Source of the DNA: Octopus sinensis
Lineage: Eukaryota
DNA length: 64,000 bases
Direction: 5' to 3'
Assembly: GCF_006345805.1 (NCBI RefSeq)
Contig: NC_043015.1
Coordinates: forward strand, 28,272,001 to 28,336,000
The position numbers and the translations under genes are program-made. Below, in pieces: positions 12,082 through 23,870 of the stretch. The notes beneath the pieces are model-generated. The model saw only the letters and a program-made list of their open reading frames with translations, was not told the DNA's origin and did not search any database. Every line of letters starts with the position of its first letter. Within the stretch, counting starts at the first letter, position 1.

Positions 12082-12529
12082 TTGGGTTGTCCGGAAAGTT
12101 CATGCCGATTTATAGTAGCTTACCTTTCGACTTACCCTCCCAGGCACTTCAATTCTGGGAAGAGGGTATTTTCAAGTTAAAGGAAAGATGGAGACGCATT
12201 GTGCAACAAAATGGTTCATATTTGGTTGATTAACACTTTCGTTACCAACCCGGCTGAAACCGGCTCTGGCTCTTTAGTACAAATGTCTTTGTTTTCATAA
12301 GTTTTGAATTCAAATCTTCCACCAAAACTTAGTCACAATTTATGTTCCTAACACTAGCTTAATGATAACGTTATTTTACTAAATTCTTTGTTATATTTAA
12401 AATAATTGGAAGAAACACAGAGCATCTCAAAATAAATACAGTAACGAAAGGGTGAAAAATGTAATGGCAATTATTTATTGACCTTTTTCTTTCCTTTAAA
12501 AATCGGCACAAACTTTCCAGACAACCCAA
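12082..12529 (+). mobile_element. Internally deleted mariner element containing a nested piggyBac-like MITE
   Basis: TA-flanked TIRs ttgggttgtccggaaagtt / aactttccagacaacccaa; remnant FWEEGIFKLKERWRRIVQQNGSYLVD* of the mariner transposase C-terminus. Confidence 0.85.
12234..12452. mobile_element. piggyBac-like MITE (same family as 8429-8642) nested in the mariner element
   Basis: Homologous to 8429-8642; TTAA on the left, TGAA on the right. Confidence 0.8.
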
Positions 12530-12869
12530 TATAATTATTTCATGAAACTGACACTTGTTCACAACTACCAAGGTAAGAAGACAGTAACACACACATACAC
12601 ACAAAGGGCTTCTTTCAATTTCCATCTACCAAATCCATTCACAAAGCTCTGGTTAGCCTGGGGCTATAGTAGAAAAAAAACACTCAAGGTACCAGGCATT
12701 GGTACTGAACCCAAAGCTATGTGATTGAAAGGCAAACATCTTACCATGCAGCCACTCCTGCACTTGTCAAGGGTCTGGAAAATTACAATAAACAGGAAAG
12801 GGCTGAGAACTGATTGATAAACATCTACATGCAAGCAAAATTCAACAACCACTTGTAATAACACGTGTA

Positions 12870-13275
12870 TCTTTATATATAAAAGTGAGGTTGTGTGCTG
12901 TCTGTCTCCTACGATTTAGATTCCTAACTACTCCCACATTTTGCGGTGCAGTTTAACCAAAACCGGGTATCTTATAGTCATGATTCATATCGAGCCCTTC
13001 TGGGTATTAGCGCGCGTCTATGATGAATCTACGATTTAAAAAAAAATTCACCATCAATTTTTCCCATTTTTAATGCATTTTTGGCATATATAAGGGAAGT
13101 AACTCTCTCTCTAAAAATTTATTATTAAATCTCGGAACGTAAAAAGCTACAGTAACACCAGCCCCCCCCCTTTGTGGTTAGCCATATTGAGATGGCTATT
13201 ATACTTTACATCTCTAAAAATGCTTATATAGTTATTTCCCTTACAAACCCGAGCAACGCCAGGCGATACTGCTAG
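12870..13275 (+). mobile_element. Non-autonomous Helitron
   Basis: A|TCtttatatataaaa 5' end; subterminal cccgagcaacgccaggc hairpin; CTAG|T 3' end; no TSD. Confidence 0.7.
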
Positions 13276-13698
13276 TATACATATAAAAATGTACAAAAAT
13301 GGCTGGGAAAAATTAACGAGGAAGGTTCTACAATATTTAATAAATTGGCCTAAAAACACTCCAGTGATTAGTGTGAAACAGTGTTAAATTCAAAATGCAA
13401 AGTGGCATCAGTAACCAAGTAATTATTGCAATATCCTTGATAAACGAACTAATTACAATGCTGACAATATTGCTTTCAAGTTTTGGTACAAGGCCAGCAA
13501 TTTCAAGGGATTGAAAGATTGATTAGATTAACTCCAGTGCTCGACTCGAGGCACAAGGCTTGAAATTTTGGGGGAGGGGGGGGCAGCCAATTAGATCGAC
13601 CTCCCCCCCGCCCTAGTATGCACTTAATTTATTGACCTTGAAAGGATGAAAGGCAAAGTTGACCTCAGCTGAATTTGAACTCAGAATGTAAAGACAGC

Positions 13699-14280
13699 GA
13701 GTCATGGCCAATCAGGGTGGAAGATATTAAGCAACTAGAATCCTTCGATCACCTCTGTCTACGCCGCATCCTTTATGTCCGATGGCATCACTTTATCTCC
13801 AACAATCCAGTGTGACACCAGTGCAGAATCACCTCCTTCCGACAAGTCATCCTAACGAGGCGTCTGTGTTGGCTGGGTCATGCCCTCCGTCGTCAACCAG
13901 GAGAATTCATCTACGAAGCAATTGCCCCAGCTCCCCTTCAGGGTTGGCGAAAGCGATGTGGTGGACAACGAAAAACCTGGCTGATGACTGTCAAGGCTGA
14001 TCTGGAACCCAACCTACAAAGCAATTTCCCCAATTCCCCTTCAGGGTTGGTGAAAGCGATGTGGTGGACAATGAAAAACCTGGCTGATGACAGTCAAGGC
14101 TGATCTGGAACCCAACCTAGGCCCCCATATCTACAGCGTTCGTCGCTGGAATAAGGAGTGGTTGGAGATCACGCGGTCGTTAGCCTCAAATCGCCAGGTC
14201 TGGTCGGCGTTTGTGAGAGATGCAGCATTGAGGATGAATGAAGCCAGCTCAATCCACCCCGGGTGAACGCTGTCTCAAGA
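13699..14280 (+). mobile_element. RTE-clade LINE ORF2 3' end with one stop codon and a ~100-bp internal duplication
   Basis: ESWPIRVEDIKQLESFDHLCLRRILYVRWHHFISNNPV*...RRLCWLGHALRR...GGQRKTWLMTVKADL, typical of the RTE C-terminus. Confidence 0.85.
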
Positions 14281-14688
14281 AAAGACAGGAAAGATGAAAA
14301 ATTAGAAAGTGTGATCTTAAAATGAAGATCTTTAATGGATTTCTCATTGAAATTTTGAGAAAGATTTTATGCATTAATGGAAACCGTTAAGAGAACAGCA
14401 AATATGATTATTACTATTGCTGAAGGTAAAATGAAAATGGAAATGAATAAAAAAAAAACCATTGGTTGTTCAATAAGAATGTCATGAATGTTGATAGATC
14501 GACATTAATTCAGAAGATGGAAGCTTGAGGACACATTTCAGAAACGAAGAGGTTTTAAAATTAACATTCTTTTCAAAAGATATATTAAGCCGTTTTAGTT
14601 TGAGGCAAGACTATTACACATTAAAACCATTAGCCGTAGTGAAGCCGAGGATATTCTTTCAGTAGTTTCTACCTGCGGGAATAAACAG

Positions 14689-14810
14689 GCCTCTCCTTTA
14701 ATAGGTGTCTAAAAAGCAGATGGTGATCTTTGAACATGTGGAAACGGTAAAGTAGGTGTAAACGAAAGGAATTTCTTCAGATTCTTATTCGACTCCAAAA
14801 AGTGAACTAA
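14689..14810 (+). pseudogene. Ty3/Gypsy reverse transcriptase N-terminal fossil
   Basis: ASPLIGV*KADGDL*TCGNGKVGVNER resembles the Gypsy RT motif ASPIV.V.K.DG..R.C.D...VN. Confidence 0.6.
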
Positions 14811-15095
14811 TATTTCGTTTATTTTGTAGCATCTTTATCAGATATTTTTTTTACTTGTTTCAGTCGTTTAGACTGTGGCCATGCTGGGGCACTGCCTCGT
14901 AGTATCTTTAGTTGAATAAATCAACCCTAGTACTTTCATTTTTTTTTTTCAGCCTGGTACTTAAATCTATGTCATTTTTGCAGAACTGCTAAGTTACGGG
15001 TATGTAAAACACACCAACACTGGTTGTCAAGTATTAGTAAGGAACAGTCACAAAGATACACACACACACACACACAGATATATACAGACACACGC

Positions 15096-15127
<32 letters not shown>

Positions 15128-15128
<1 letters not shown>

Positions 15129-15299
15129 CAGGAGTGGCTATGTGGTAAGTAGCTTGCTTACCAACCACATGGCTCCGGGTTCAGTCCCACTGCGTGGTAC
15201 CTTGGACAAGTGTCTTCTACTGTAGCCTCAGGCCCACTAAAGCCTTGTGAGTGGATTTAGTAGACGGAAACTGAAAGAAGCCCGTTGTATATATATATT

Positions 15300-15330
<31 letters not shown>

Positions 15331-15539
15331 ATATGTTTGTGTGTCTGTGTTTGTCCCCGCAAAATCACTTGACAACCGATGCTGGTGTGTTTATGTCCCA
15401 GTAACTTAGCAATTTGGCAAAAGAGACAGATAGAATAAGTACTAGGCTTCCAAAGAATAAGTCCTGGGGTCGATTTGCACTACTAAAGGCGGTGCTCCAG
15501 CATGGCCGCAGTCAAATGACTGAAACAAATAAAAGAGAG

Positions 15540-15540
<1 letters not shown>
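15128..15540 (+). mobile_element. SINE-A full length, flanked by older inverted SINE-A fragments (14852-15060, 15590-15760)
   Basis: SINE-A consensus. Confidence 0.9.
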
Positions 15541-15573
<33 letters not shown>

Positions 15574-16064
15574 TATATACGCACACACGTAATGAGTTCC
15601 TTTCAGTTTCCGTCTTCCAAATCCACTTACAAGATCACAAGGTTTTGGTTGGCCCAGGGCCATAGTTAGAAGACACTTGCCTAAGGTTTCTACCTGCAGA
15701 GGAACAGAACCCAGAATTATGCGATTGGGAAGCAAATTATGACACAGCCACACCTACACCTTTTGATACCATCCTGCCTGAAACCAACCCTGTTTTAAAT
15801 TGGTCTAAATTAAAACCACCAAGTTAATTTGTATTCCAGACACCAGCTTAATAATAATTAAGTTAATTGAATAAACTCTTCGTTATTTAAAGAAAGTTAA
15901 TTAAAACAAAGGCAGTATATTTTAACATATGGTAACGAAAGGGTTAAAAGGGAGACATATTGTTAAATAAAATGTTCTGCTGCAAGAGATTACTGGAATA
16001 CGTGTACTAATCTTCTTGTTTGTTTTTAAATGGAGGTCAGTCATATGAAATTAAAATATGTTTC

Positions 16065-16290
16065 TTTACTACCTACAAGGGGATAAACATAGAGGGGACA
16101 AACAAGAACACACAAACGAATTAAGTCGATTACATCAACCCCAGTGCATAACTGGTACTTATTTAATCGACCTCGAAAGGACGAAAGGGAAAGTCGACCT
16201 CAGCGGAATTTGAAACCAGAACGTAACGGCAGACGAAATACGGCTACACATTTCGCCCGGCGTGCTAACGGTTCTGCCAGCTCGCCGCCT
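16065..16290 (-). mobile_element. SINE-B
   Basis: Ends with ctgccagctcgccgcc on the plus strand. Confidence 0.85.
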
Positions 16291-16309
16291 TGTGAAATTA
16301 AAGTAGTCA

Positions 16310-16579
16310 ACACTATGTTTCAGAGAACATTTAAAACGAGTTATTGAAAATGATATTGATAATGTTATTGTTTATCAAGATGACATAGATATTGTTGCAA
16401 AAATTGTTGAAAAATCTACACAGGAGTGGGCTGTGTGGTAAGTAGCTTGCTTACCAACCACACGGTTCCGGGTTCAGTCCCACTGCGTGGCACCTTGGGT
16501 AAGTGTCTTCTACTATAACCTCAGGCCGACCAAGGCCTTGTGAGTGGATTTGGTAGACGGAAATTGAAATAAGCTCATC

Positions 16580-16637
<58 letters not shown>

Positions 16638-16945
16638 ATATGTTTGTGTGTCTGTGTTTGTCCCCCCAACATCGATTGACAACCGATACTGGTGTGTTTA
16701 CGTCCCCGTAACTTAGCGGTTCAGTAAAAGAGACTGATAGAATAAGTACAAGGCTTACAAAGAATAAGCCCTGGGGTTGATTTGCTCGACTAAAGGCGGT
16801 GCTCCAGCATGGCCGCAGTCAAATGACTGAAACAAGTAAAAGAGTACAGTGAGATAAACAAGAACACAAAAAGGTGAGAACTATCAGGCATGATATCATT
16901 TGAGCTAAATCTGTGTTAGAAACAGACGAATTGTCTTTTTAGGGG
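16310..16945 (+). pseudogene. Ty3/Gypsy RT catalytic region fossil, split by SINE-A 16421-16845
   Basis: MFQR-(frameshift)-RVIENDIDNVIVYQDDIDIV (YQDD at 16373-16384), then KSVLETDELSF at 16907-16939 (KC.F...L.FLG-like). Confidence 0.65.
16421..16845 (+). mobile_element. SINE-A full length
   Basis: SINE-A consensus. Confidence 0.92.
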
Positions 16946-17220
16946 GGGAAAAAAATTGCGGACAAAGAAAGGGATATCAGCAAACCATTATTTAGTAGTG
17001 AGAATTATGGATGTAAAACCGTCAAAGGATAAGAAGCAATTAGAATTTTATTATTTTTAATGGAAGATTTACTGATCATTATTCAAACTAGATATCATGA
17101 CTCGCATCGATTTGTAAACATGATGTTACATTTTCATAGCAAGGCCAACAAATAAAAGGCATTTGTGCATATAAAGCTGGCTTTAATATCAAAGCTAGTG
17201 GTCCGGGTTTATTATTACGC

Positions 17221-17470
17221 TGTGAAATAATTCTGTTAACCGATGGAAGTAGAAAGGTTACATAAGGACTATTTTCACAAGGCGTCTATTCTGTGTTTTA
17301 TTTATTAAGAGCATTAACCGCAGTTAAAACAAGATATTTGAATAATGAAAGGAAGCCTTTGATGATCGTACATATTGCACTCCAAAGAGCATGGCATTTT
17401 CTGTTTGGCCAAAAATCTGAATTTGCTCTCAGATCATAAACCAATAGAATTTGTTTGTGGCAAAAATTCT
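17221..17470 (+). pseudogene. Ty3/Gypsy RNase H fossil
   Basis: EIILLTDGSRK (TDAS-like) and NLLSDHKPIEF (TDHKPL-like). Confidence 0.55.
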
Positions 17471-17487
17471 GATTTATCTGAAGTAAT

Positions 17488-17884
17488 ACTCCTTTTACTC
17501 TTTTACTTGTTTCAGTCATTTGAATGCGACCATGCTGGAGCACCTCCTTTTAGTCGAGCAAATCGACCCCAGGTCTTATTCTTTGTAAGCCTTGTACTTA
17601 TTCTATCGGTCTCTTTTTGCTGAACTGCTAAGTTACAGAGACGTAAACACACCAGCATCGGTTGTCAAGCGATGTTGGGGACACACACACACACACACAT
17701 ATATATATATTTACATATATACGACGGGCTTCTTTCAGTTTCTGTCGACCAAATCCACTCACAAGGCTTTGGTCGACCCAAGGCTATAGTAGAAGACACT
17801 TGCCCATGGTGCCAAGTAGTGGAACTGAACCCAGAACCATATGGTTCGTAAGCAAGCTACTTACCACACATCCACTCCTGTGCC
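17488..17884 (-). mobile_element. SINE-A
   Basis: SINE-A consensus. Confidence 0.9.
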
Positions 17885-18226
17885 TATCTGCATGTATTTT
17901 AAGATGAGCTTCAGAATGATAACAATTGATTATAAAATGTATTTCATAAAGTGATATCAAATATCACATACTGATGCAATATCACAATTGGGATCTCAGA
18001 CAAATAATACTGTTTATTGGTTGCTTAGACATGCTACCATGTACAAAATTCCTCTTCATCTTCCTCTTTCTCATTGTCTACCCCACATCTCTCTGTTACT
18101 ATTTCTACACTAACACTTCCTCCTACACAACCACAATTAACAATTCATCTCCTCTACCTTTGCCTCTTATTACTACAACATTATTTACCCCCCTTCTATT
18201 TCTACTACTACATCTGTTACCTCCTA

Positions 18227-18629
18227 TACTCTTTACTCTTTTACTTGTTTCAGTCATTTGACTGCGGCCATGCTGGAGCACTGCCTTTTAGTCGAGCAAA
18301 TCGACCCCGGGACTTATTCTTTGTAAGCCCAGTACTTATTCTATCGGTCTCTTTTGCCGAACTGCTAAGTGACGGGGACGTAAACACACCAGCATCGGTT
18401 GTCAAGCAATGCTAGGGGGACAAACACAGACACACAAAAATATACACACACACATATATATATATACGACAGGCTTCTTTCAGTTTCCATCTACCAAATC
18501 CACTCAGAAGGCATTGGTCAGCCCGGGGCTATAGCAGAAGACACTTGCCCAAGATGCCACGCAGTGGGACTGAACCCGGAACCATGTGGTTGGTTAGCAA
18601 GCTACTTACCACACAGCCACTCCTGCGCC
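18227..18629 (-). mobile_element. SINE-A (subfamily 2)
   Basis: SINE-A consensus with caatgctagg/ggcattgg/agcagaag/ttagc diagnostics. Confidence 0.92.
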
Positions 18630-19466
18630 TATCTCAACTATGTTCAAAATTTACTGAAGTATGAAACTGCTTTACTGTCAGTATATAAAGGCTTTCCTTT
18701 TCATTACTACAGCATCACCTGTCATATGAAACCCGATGTTGGAAATATTCTGTTGTCAATGTGGATAATATCCGGTAATGTTATCCAAATACAATAATAT
18801 AGGTTTTTATATATGTTGCTTACATAAAACTGATTCACATTTACAAGAATAATGCAGTATTTTAGTTACATAAAAATGTAATAGTCCTTAAGAATGATAT
18901 TAGAGTTTTATGGTATTATTGTAATTAATCATTAAACAGTAACACTGTTATTGATAAGATACATTTATTGCAAATGTATGAGGAGAATGAATTCTCTTTT
19001 ATCTTGTTTCAGTCACTGGACTGTGGCCATGCTGGGGCACCGCCTTGAAGTGTCTCGTCAAACAAACAGCACCCAGTACTTATTTTATAAATCTGGTACT
19101 GATTCTGTTGGGCACCACTACCTGAGCATGACAAGTAACAATCATCATCATCACCACCACCATCATCCTACAACCAGTAGCATATCTGGGGGCAGAGGGG
19201 TCACGTGCAGATTGAAGTGGGGGGGAGTGGTGCCTCATCAAATGCAAGAAAGATGAGACTTGAAACAATTGTAATGTAATTTTTTTTTTAATTACATCTC
19301 ATTTTGAGTGTTTTCTACTATAGCCCCAGGCTAACCAGAGCTTTGTGAGTGGATTTGGTAGATGGAAATTGAAAGAAGCCCTATTGTGAGTGTGTGTGTG
19401 TGTGTGTGTTACTGTCTCCTTACCTTGGTAGTTGTGAACAAGTGTCATTTTCATGAAATAATTATA

Positions 19467-19916
19467 TTGGGTTGTCCGGAAAGTTTGTGCCGGTTTTTAA
19501 AGGAAAGAAAAAGGTCAATAAATACTTGCCATTACATTTTTTACCCTTTCGTTACTGTATTTATTTTGAGATGTTCTGTGTTTCTTCCAATTATTTTAAA
19601 TATATCAAAGAATTTAGTAAAATAACATCGTTATCATTAAGCTAGTGTTAGGAACATAAATTGCGACTAAGATTTGGTGGAAGATTTGAATTCAAAACTT
19701 ATGAAAACAAGACATTTGTACTAAAGAGCCAGAGCCGGTTTCAGCCGGGTTGGTAACGAAAGGATTAATCAACCAAATATGAACCATTTTGTTGCACAAT
19801 GCGTCTCCATGTTTCCTTTAACTTGAAAATACCCTCTTCCCAGAATTGAGGTGCCTGGGAGGGTAAGTCGAAATGCAAGCTACTATAAATCGGCATGAAC
19901 TTTCCAGACGACCCAA
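19467..19916 (-). mobile_element. Inverted second copy of the mariner + piggyBac-MITE composite
   Basis: TA-flanked mariner TIRs; MITE at 19544-19764 in the same site as in 12082-12529. Confidence 0.85.
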
Positions 19917-20238
19917 TATTTTATTTAATTACATTACGTTACTTAGCGTTTCAATTAGGGAAACTGGTGCATTAAACAGTCAAAATAAAGGAGGTTTTGG
20001 AAAAACAAACATTAAAAAAAATATATTTCGAATTACAGGCTGTACCAAACCAGCAGGTAAACGAACCCTGGTAAAAGTATTTATTCCAAAAATATTGCTT
20101 TATAACACTAATTACCTGTAACAAATAAGCACTATGTAGTACCGTGGATTTTGTAAGGGAGCTGTCATGGTTGGATGGTTTGACTAGAGTGGGCAAGCTG
20201 CACCACGTTCCAGTCTGATTTGGCTTGGTATCCATGGC

Positions 20239-20652
20239 TTACTCTCTTTTTACTCTTTTACTTGTTTCAGTCATTTGACTGCGGCCATGCTGGAGCACCG
20301 CCTTTAGTCGAGGAGATCGACCCCGGGACTTATTCTTTTGTAAGCCCAGTAACTTATTCTATCGGTCTCTTATGCCGAACCGCTAAGTGACGGGGACGTA
20401 AACACACCAGCATCATCGGTTGTCAAGCAATGCTAGGGGGGGGGGGGACAAACACAGACACACACACACATACATATATATATATAAGACAGGCTTCTTT
20501 CAGTTTCCGTCTACCAAATCCACTCACAAGGCATTGGTCGGCCCCCGGGGCTGTAGCAGAAGACACTTGCTCAAGGTGCCACGCAGTGGGACTGAACCCG
20601 GAACCATGTGGTTGGTTAACAACCTACTTACCACACAGCCACTCCTGCGCCT
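20239..20652 (-). mobile_element. SINE-A (subfamily 2-like)
   Basis: SINE-A consensus. Confidence 0.92.
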
Positions 20653-21059
20653 TTTGATGCCTTTCCTTCACACCAATCACTTTACAGAGTGTGTCGGGTG
20701 TTTTTAACATGGCACAGGCACTTCTATGCGGCGCCAAGAGTGCTTTTCCATAGCATCAGTACAAGAGTCTCTTTCAAGCCAATCCACTTCACTAGGGAGG
20801 GGCGGAGGAGCAGCCTTAACGATTCTGCCATGGAGAACAGGTTTTCTAGTTAATTAATAATGTTGGTGTGCATGAATCTAATTGATGACTCTCTCATTCA
20901 GCTTATAGAAACCATTTGCCATAAACTGCGATAATAGAAAGACGGAGACCGTCAACAATAATATTTTATCAGGTATATTATAAAAGATTTTTTAATAATA
21001 GAGCAATTGTTTTGTTATTGAGATACCGTTTAAGTGCATTAAGTTTACAGCTTGTGCTG

Positions 21060-21215
21060 ATGAATTAATTGTTCCACCAGTGGTATTGCAGAGCATTAAT
21101 GATAAAAGCTGTTAGCTCAACAGCCAACAAGGAACCGGCTGAAATTAAAAGCACGAAGCTCAGGTTACTGCGAAGATGTGGAACAATATGTAAGAATATG
21201 TGCTAGAATAAAACC
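21060..21215 (+). pseudogene. Ty3/Gypsy integrase zinc-binding region fossil
   Basis: ELIVPPVVLQSI...NRLKLKARSSGYCEDVEQYVRICARIK resembles ..K..AR..W....DIE..V..C..C. Confidence 0.5.
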
Positions 21216-21322
21216 AGAACTAACTCACACGCGCTGCATGCATGACCTAAAGAAATCAAAGCTTGGACACTTGTGCACATGGATAATGCTTCTGTCAAGA
21301 ATTATGGACTGTTTCCTTGATA

Positions 21323-21528
21323 CTTACTCTTTTACTTGTTTCAGTCATTTGACTGCGGCCATGCTGGAGCACCGCCTTTAGTCGAGCAAATTGACCCCGG
21401 GACTTATTCTTTGTAAGCCCAGTACTTATTCTATCGGTCTCTTTGGCCGAACCGCTAAGTGACGGGGACGTAAACACACCAGCATCGGTTGTCAAGCAAT
21501 GCTAGGGGGACAAACACAGACACACACA

Positions 21529-21574
<46 letters not shown>

Positions 21575-21739
21575 TACGACAGGCTTCTTTCAGTTTCCGT
21601 CTACCAAATCCACTCACAAGGCATTGGTCGGCCCGGGGCTATAGCAGAAGACACTTGCCCAAGATGCCACGCAGTGGGACTGAACCCGGAACCATGTGGT
21701 TGGTTAGCAAGCTACTTACCACACAGCCACTCCTGCGCC
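21323..21739 (-). mobile_element. SINE-A (subfamily 2)
   Basis: SINE-A consensus. Confidence 0.92.
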
Positions 21740-21799
21740 TATACTTGTTGAAGTATTTTATGGATAGCTGGAATAAAGAAGCAGAACCAGTTAGGCAGA

Positions 21800-22115
21800 T
21801 GTTTTATTTATTTATTTATGTGCCCTTTTCTAGCCTAGCCAGGCTCATGGGCCCAGTTTCCCGGTTTCTATGGCGTATGTATTTCCCCCCAGCTGGACGG
21901 GACGCCAGTCCATCGCAGCATTACTCAAGAAACAGGAAGAAAGAGTTGGAGAAAGTTGGGGGCGAAAGAGTACAACAGGGGTCACCACTACCCCCTGCCG
22001 GAGCCTTGTGGAGCTTTAGGTGTTTTCTCTCAATAAACACACACAACGCCCAGTCAGGGAATCGAAACCGCAACCCTCTGACCAAGAGTCCACTGCCCTT
22101 ACCACTGGGCCATTG
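21800..22115 (-). mobile_element. Third tRNA-headed SINE with a V-SINE-like central domain
   Basis: Minus head tggcccagtggtaagggc...ggtttcgattccc; body ctgcgatggactggcgtcccgtccagc; (TAAA)n tail. Confidence 0.7.
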
Positions 22116-22138
22116 TGTTAGGGAGATGTTACCATATA

Positions 22139-22290
22139 ATAATGTTCCAGAAATATTGGTGTCTGACAATGCTTGTGAATTTCATGATAATGACTGGTAT
22201 ACAAGATTTAATAATATTGGATGTAAGCCTATGGAAAATGCCTGAGTGCCTCTAGAATTAAATGGAACTGCTAAGAGAACCGTCACAAAA
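22139..22290 (+). pseudogene. Ty3/Gypsy integrase core fossil
   Basis: NVPEILVSDNACEF...F...GC...LNGTAKRTV resembles PETIVSDNG.QF...NG.AER.V. Confidence 0.6.
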
Positions 22291-22584
22291 TGGATTTAAA
22301 AGCCCACTTCATAAAGATTTCTGCTTCGTGCACATTTGAGCTGCTTGCTTTTGAGTTTTTGGAGAAGACTTCCTTCAAGAAAACTTCTTGATCCACCTGC
22401 TTTGATGGGTAAACAAATACTGTTCAACAAAGAGAGAAACATCTGTGTGTACTATATAACACACTATGTACACAGTAAGAGACAGTTACCTATATAGAAA
22501 AACTGACAACTGTGTATGCAAGGATATATAGTAATATGTGTATTCTGTAACAGATACATTTGTTTATATGAGGACAGTGAGACA

Positions 22585-23110
22585 TCATTATCATCATCAT
22601 CATTTAACGTCCGTTTTCCATGCTAGCATAGGTTGGACGGTTCGACCGGGATCTGGGAAGCCAGAAGGCTGCACCACGCTCCAGTCTGATCTGACAGTGT
22701 TTCTACAGCTGGATGCCCTTCCTAACGCCAACCACTCCGCAAGTGTAGTGGGTGCTTTTTACGTGCCACCAGCACAGGTGCCAGGAGAGACTGGCAATGG
22801 CCACAATCAGTCAGTGCTTTTTACATGCCACCAGCAAGGAAGCCAGTCAAGGTGGCGCTGGCATCGGCCATTTCGGATGGTGCTTTTTACATGCCACCGG
22901 CACAGGGATCACAACTACAATTTCCATTGATTTTCGATGTTGATGTACTTGACTCAATAGGTCTCCTCAAGCACAGGGTCGAAACGGTCTTTCTTTACTT
23001 GCCACCTGCACAGGAGTCAGTCCAGCAGCACTGGCAACTGCCGGGTGCCAGTCATAGGATTGGTTCAATTTCGATTCCGATTTCACTTGCCCCAACAGGT
23101 CTTCGCAAGC
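22585..23110 (-). mobile_element. Family C retroposon
   Basis: (CAT)n end, catgctagcat, ggatgcccttcctaacgccaacc, degenerate internal repeats. Confidence 0.85.
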
Positions 23111-23239
23111 AGAGTTTAGTGTCCAATGAAAGGAGGTTGGCATGGGTGCCAGTCGTCGAGATGCACCTGTATTTACAGGAATAGTGAGACACACCTGTGT
23201 ATACAGGAATGAGACACAGGTCCTGCATGATCTCTCTGC

Positions 23240-23870
23240 AGACAATTGCAAACGTGTTGTCTGCTATGTATCACTGTGTATCGCTGCAAATGCCTTTTTT
23301 TGAATAGAGTCATAACTGGAGATGAAAAATGGATTCTTTACCATAATGTTAAGTGAAAATATCGGCAGCTCAGTTGAGGTGAAGAGCCAGCTAAGCAGTC
23401 CAGAAGTGTCCTGTATCCAAGGAAGATTGTTCTGAGTGAATGATGGGACATGCACGGAATAATTTATCATGAGCTGCTAGATGATAAACAAACGCTAACA
23501 GCCGATGTATACTGCCAACAGCTAACCTGTTTGAAAGCAGCTTTGTAGCAAAAACAGAATAGGAGCCATCCTTCATAAGGCTAGACCTCACATTTGATGA
23601 AAGACCAAAGATCTAGAAAAATATACCTGGGAAATTATGCATCATCTACCATATCCTCTGGACTTTGCACCTGCTGATTACCATTTCTTTAGAAGTTTAC
23701 AAATCATTTGAGTGTACTAAGACTTACTTCAAGAGCAGATATCAAAAATGAGTTAATTTCCTTTATCCCTTCTAAACCAAAAGAATTTTAAGGATGTAGC
23801 ATTAAAAAGCTCATTGCCAAGTAGAAAGAGGTCACAGAAGAATTCTAACTATATTAACCCATAATATTCA
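23240..23870 (+). pseudogene. Mariner (DD34D) transposase pseudogene
   Basis: FLNRVITGDEKWILY, WDMHGIIYHELL, YCQQL, HLPYPLDFAPADYHFFRSLQ, with stops and frameshifts. Confidence 0.85.

Noticed and set aside
21499-22245. 248-aa ORF
   Set aside because: Chance read-through across SINE-A, another SINE and a Gypsy integrase fragment; similar SINE-derived ORFs (MSSNARG..., MLGGQTQ...) recur at many copies
22290-22420. Candidate minus-strand coding exon (FVYPSKQVDQEVFLKEVFSKNSK...)
   Set aside because: Acceptor plausible, but no convincing donor, no recognisable homology, and it adjoins the Gypsy fossil
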